Assembly (NCBI RefSeq): GCF_006345805.1
Contig: NC_043007.1
Span: 4,030,001-4,094,000 of the forward strand
Direction of reading: 5' to 3'
DNA from: Octopus sinensis
Taxonomy: Eukaryota
Length of the DNA: 64,000 bases
Position numbers and translations under genes: made by a program. Of the stretch, positions 60,469 through 64,000 are shown in pieces (positions within the stretch are counted from its first letter, which is position 1; each line of letters begins with the position of its first letter). A model generated the notes under the pieces. The model had not been told where the DNA came from. It made no database searches and saw only the letters and a program-made list of their open reading frames with translations.

Positions 60469-63400
60469 ATAACAGTTTGTTACAGATCCACATTAGTTAA
60501 AGTTTTGTTGGCATAGAGCATAGCCATATCATCAAATGTTTAGAGTTAGAATGAAGGGAATTTATAAGAGATTCAAAAGGGTTTCTGGGTTAGAGTATTT
60601 AGGCCACCACTGATCAGTTCATGTCCTGTGGTTGTTTTAGTTATCTTAGTGGCATCAGGTCTTTGATTGGAAGAAGACTAGGTTTAGGCATTGTGCAGTG
60701 TGTGATAGATGTTTCAACAATGTCAATTCTTACATTGGATGTTACGCATGGCAGAGCAGTCAGAATGTTGGTGACAGTTAAACAGTTTTCAGCAACAACA
60801 ACATTTCCCACATGAGCAGGTAACCAATTTGATGGTGTCATGTTCATATGAGTTTGTGTGACCAGCCTGAGCGAAAGTAGGATGTAACCTCTGCAAGGTG
60901 CAGGGATTTTATATCTGCCATTGTGTGTGGGCCACATAGGTCTACAGTACTACTTTCTTTCATTTGTCCACTCACTCATACACATATATATGTTAGAGGG
61001 ACACTCGCAGTCACTTGAAGTTTTCATGCCTTTATTGCCACACACACACATGCACATACACACACACATATGCACACACACATGCACATACACACACACG
61101 TCTGCACACACACACACACATGACTTCCATTGCAAATTTTGAACTGAATTAACTTATTTGGATCTCGTTTTAAAATTTTTATAGTTTTAAGTAAAACAGA
61201 ATTTGAATTTTGCAAGGTATTTTATAATGATTGATTTTGCTTTATACATAGTGACAAAACCCCTGCTCTGGGCATTCACCTAATGACTGATGAAAAGGGA
61301 TTATGTATGTGTGTATTTATGTCCTTAACACACAGACAGAAAGTGTTTTATCTATTTATTGATCAGTTTTTATGAATTAGAAATTTACAAATGGATAATT
61401 GAAGACAGAGAAGGAGAGAGAAATGATTTAGAAGATGCAACCAAAAAGGACAGTGTAAAAGATGGATTGTGTTAAGATAAATTAGAATGTGTCTCTAAGA
61501 AATAGTGGAAAGAGGGAGAGCAAAAAGGGAGAAAACAGTCCCAATTCCAAATTATTGCTGTTATATGGTTTTTTTCTAGATTTCATTTGCTCCCTCTTTC
61601 CTTCCCTCCACTCTCTCTCTTTACATGTTTTTCTATTTTCTTTTCCCCCCTCCTTTTCTGTTACTTTCTTTTCTACTCTCTTATTCTCTTTCTCCCTCTG
61701 TCTTTCTCTCTCACCCTCTTTTCACTGTCCTTTAATCCTCTCTCTCATTTGAAATATTCCCTTACTCAATTGTACTTTTCTGTCCCTTTAATTAGAAACC
61801 TCTCTAAAGTTCACCCTTCACATAGTCTCCCTCCCTCGTATCCCATCTTTTAATCTTCCCCCATTTATTTTCTCTAATCAGAGATGTAGAAGCTTTCCTT
61901 TACCTCATTGTCATTAGAACTCCCTAGGTTCCTTTTTCTTTCATTTTAGTTAAAATGATCTGAAATCTTAGCAACTCATTTGTATTGTCCCTTCTCTCTC
62001 CGTTTTTAATTAGAGAACTATAGACAGCCTCTCTAACCAGCACCCAGTTCCCTAACTAATTAGAGAACAAATGAAGACTTTGTTTCCTCTTTCTAAACAG
62101 ACTCTTGCTGACTCTTTCTTTACCCCTCTATGTTTTATTAGGAAGGTCTAGAAGACCCCTCATTGATTAAATACAGAAGAAATTGGGTGTTAAGATAAAG
62201 GTCACAGGTTTACTAGTTAAAGAGAGATTGAGAGAGAGAGAAAAAGAGTGTATTATCTTCCTCTTTCCCTCTCTAGAGAAGAGAGACAGGGGAGGATCAT
62301 CTCTCTTTTTCACTTTCCCTTTTTTAACCACCAATTCTGTGACTGTTTCATGTTCCCTCTTCTCTGTTTTTGACATTTTGGTGTCAAACCTCTTCAAGGA
62401 AGCAGTCAACTGTTATATGGAGTTATTATATTGGCTGAACAGCCCTATATAAAGTTGCCATTCAGCCTGCTGATTTTCCAGCTAGTATGATATTGAACCC
62501 CCATCTCCCAGCACCCCAGATAGCTAATCATAAGCCTAATATTTTACCAAAGACCACTCCTATCTGTCTGACCACTCCTATCTGTCTGTCTAGACTCCCA
62601 ATGACCCATCAACTCACTCTGTTTATAAAGCTCTACAACCAGATATATCAAACACTTATCCATGAAACTAGTCTGAGAGTCTTTCTGTACCCAGATCTAA
62701 GCACCTTAAGAAACCATCCAATCAGCAAATATTTACTCACTCCTTCTATGAAGCTTTACCAATCAGCAAATATTTTATCACACCCCTTTTGAAGTTTATC
62801 CAATCACCTGCCACTGTATCTAGTCACCTCTCAGAACATCCATCAAATTTTTCATTCATCTTAAACTTCCATGTAGTCCAGCATTCCACCTAGATAGCCA
62901 TTCATTCATGCAGTTACATTCCTACCATTCTAACTAACCACCCACCTAACTATCCATATATTCACATAGTCATCCAGTTATGTATCTAACCAATTCGTCG
63001 GTTACCACAAACTCTACCTCACCACGTCTCTCCCTTGCATTTTGATGGTTAGAAATATTGGTGGCAGTGTTTAGTAATGGATATGGTAGTATTGGTGGCA
63101 GTGATTATAATAAAGGTGTTGTCTAATGTCTGCCTGTCAAACAACAAAGAAAATAGAAATACCTTTTACTGCCGCTGCTGCTGTTGGTTTTATTGTTGTT
63201 GTACCACCACGAAATTAGTTCCCATTCTGTCTAATTAAATCATCCCACTTCAAGATCCTCAAGTGCCATTTCCATGCTATTCATTTGAGGATGACAAGGT
63301 AACGAAGTAATGAAACACACACCAATTACACAGAGCCACAGCAAAGCTTTGGGCCTTGCTTTAAGATTAGGAATAAAGGTGCATGACATAGAACTGTCTT

Positions 63401-64000
63401 CGATTTAGAGGATAATTACAGGTATGGGAACATTCTTGATTCATGACATGCAGTTTGCCAAGTTTCCTGCCAGGTTTATTTGCTTATTTATTCATGGTAT
63501 GAGTGGAAGGGTATACTTTCAGCATATTTTGGGTTGTCAGATAAATATGTTCATTCCCTGCCCACCACCATTTATTTTAATCCTTATTTTTTTCTATCAG
63601 CAGTTTAAAAAAAAAAAAGCAGACAATGATATTACGGAGATGTACTTGTATAGCAAGTGACCTGATCTAATATCGTGTGCTGGAACAAAAACAATTGCAG
63701 CATGGAAGGTGTTTATAAGCCATTTAAGAAACACACAAAAACCGTTAGAATCACTTCAACATTTAAATTTAATTTGTCAAAATATTGTCATCGCTTTGAA
63801 ATCACGACCTGTTCACTGACAAAATTCCGTACTGCATATATTTTTTGTCATTGTCTATCACTTCTTGCCAACTTTTTACTAGCTTGTCAATGTTTTGATA
63901 GTAGAAATGTATTGGTAGCCTTGATTTGAAGAATTCATTCAGCCACTTTTACTGCTCCATATCATTGTTGAATAAAATGCCTTGCAGACTGATGGGGACA

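Noticed and set aside
63255-63421. Candidate exons 63255-63298 (DPQVPFPCYSFEDDK) and 63392-63421 (RTVFDLEDNY)
   Set aside because: The donors are good but the acceptors lack pyrimidine tracts. The first is out of phase with the upstream microexon chain; the second is in phase but unsupported.
1-64000. Most ORF-track entries (poly-YI, CV, HT, I or L/F/S/P-rich peptides; ARKKHP/GWCFLC peptides)
   Set aside because: They are translations of microsatellites, pyrimidine tracts and recurring SINE/RTE tails, often with non-ATG starts; they are not genes.

Overview
Eukaryotic, AT-rich, repeat-saturated DNA with no prokaryotic genes, operons or CRISPR arrays. The SINE/LINE repertoire and dense (AT)n/(TG)n/(TATG)n/(ATC)n/(ATT)n microsatellites look like an octopus (cephalopod) genome; this is inferred from recognised repeat families, not from a search. 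Almost all ORFs in the track are repeat or microsatellite translations. The real coding remnants are transposon-derived: four to five R4/Dong-clade non-LTR fragments (RT plus PD-(D/E)xK endonuclease, best copy 12.9-14.7 kb), three decayed Penelope-like elements (PLEs), RTE LINE 3' fragments, a mariner transposase, a hAT MITE with an 8-bp TSD, and Helitron-like ends. The most notable observations are: (i) a minimal hammerhead-ribozyme-like motif with a compensatory U3-A8 core in the 3' tail of one PLE; (ii) another PLE flanked by ~400-bp inverted pseudo-LTRs with nested insertions; (iii) three phase-compatible small candidate exons (70, 23 and 17 nt) on the + strand; (iv) recursive-splice-like AG|GT sites on the - strand; and (v) a TAA-targeting Dong family with a probable non-autonomous partner. 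The window is probably the intron-rich interior of a large gene, but no host gene can be named from sequence alone. Boundaries of decayed repeats are approximate (tens of bp) unless a TSD is quoted.
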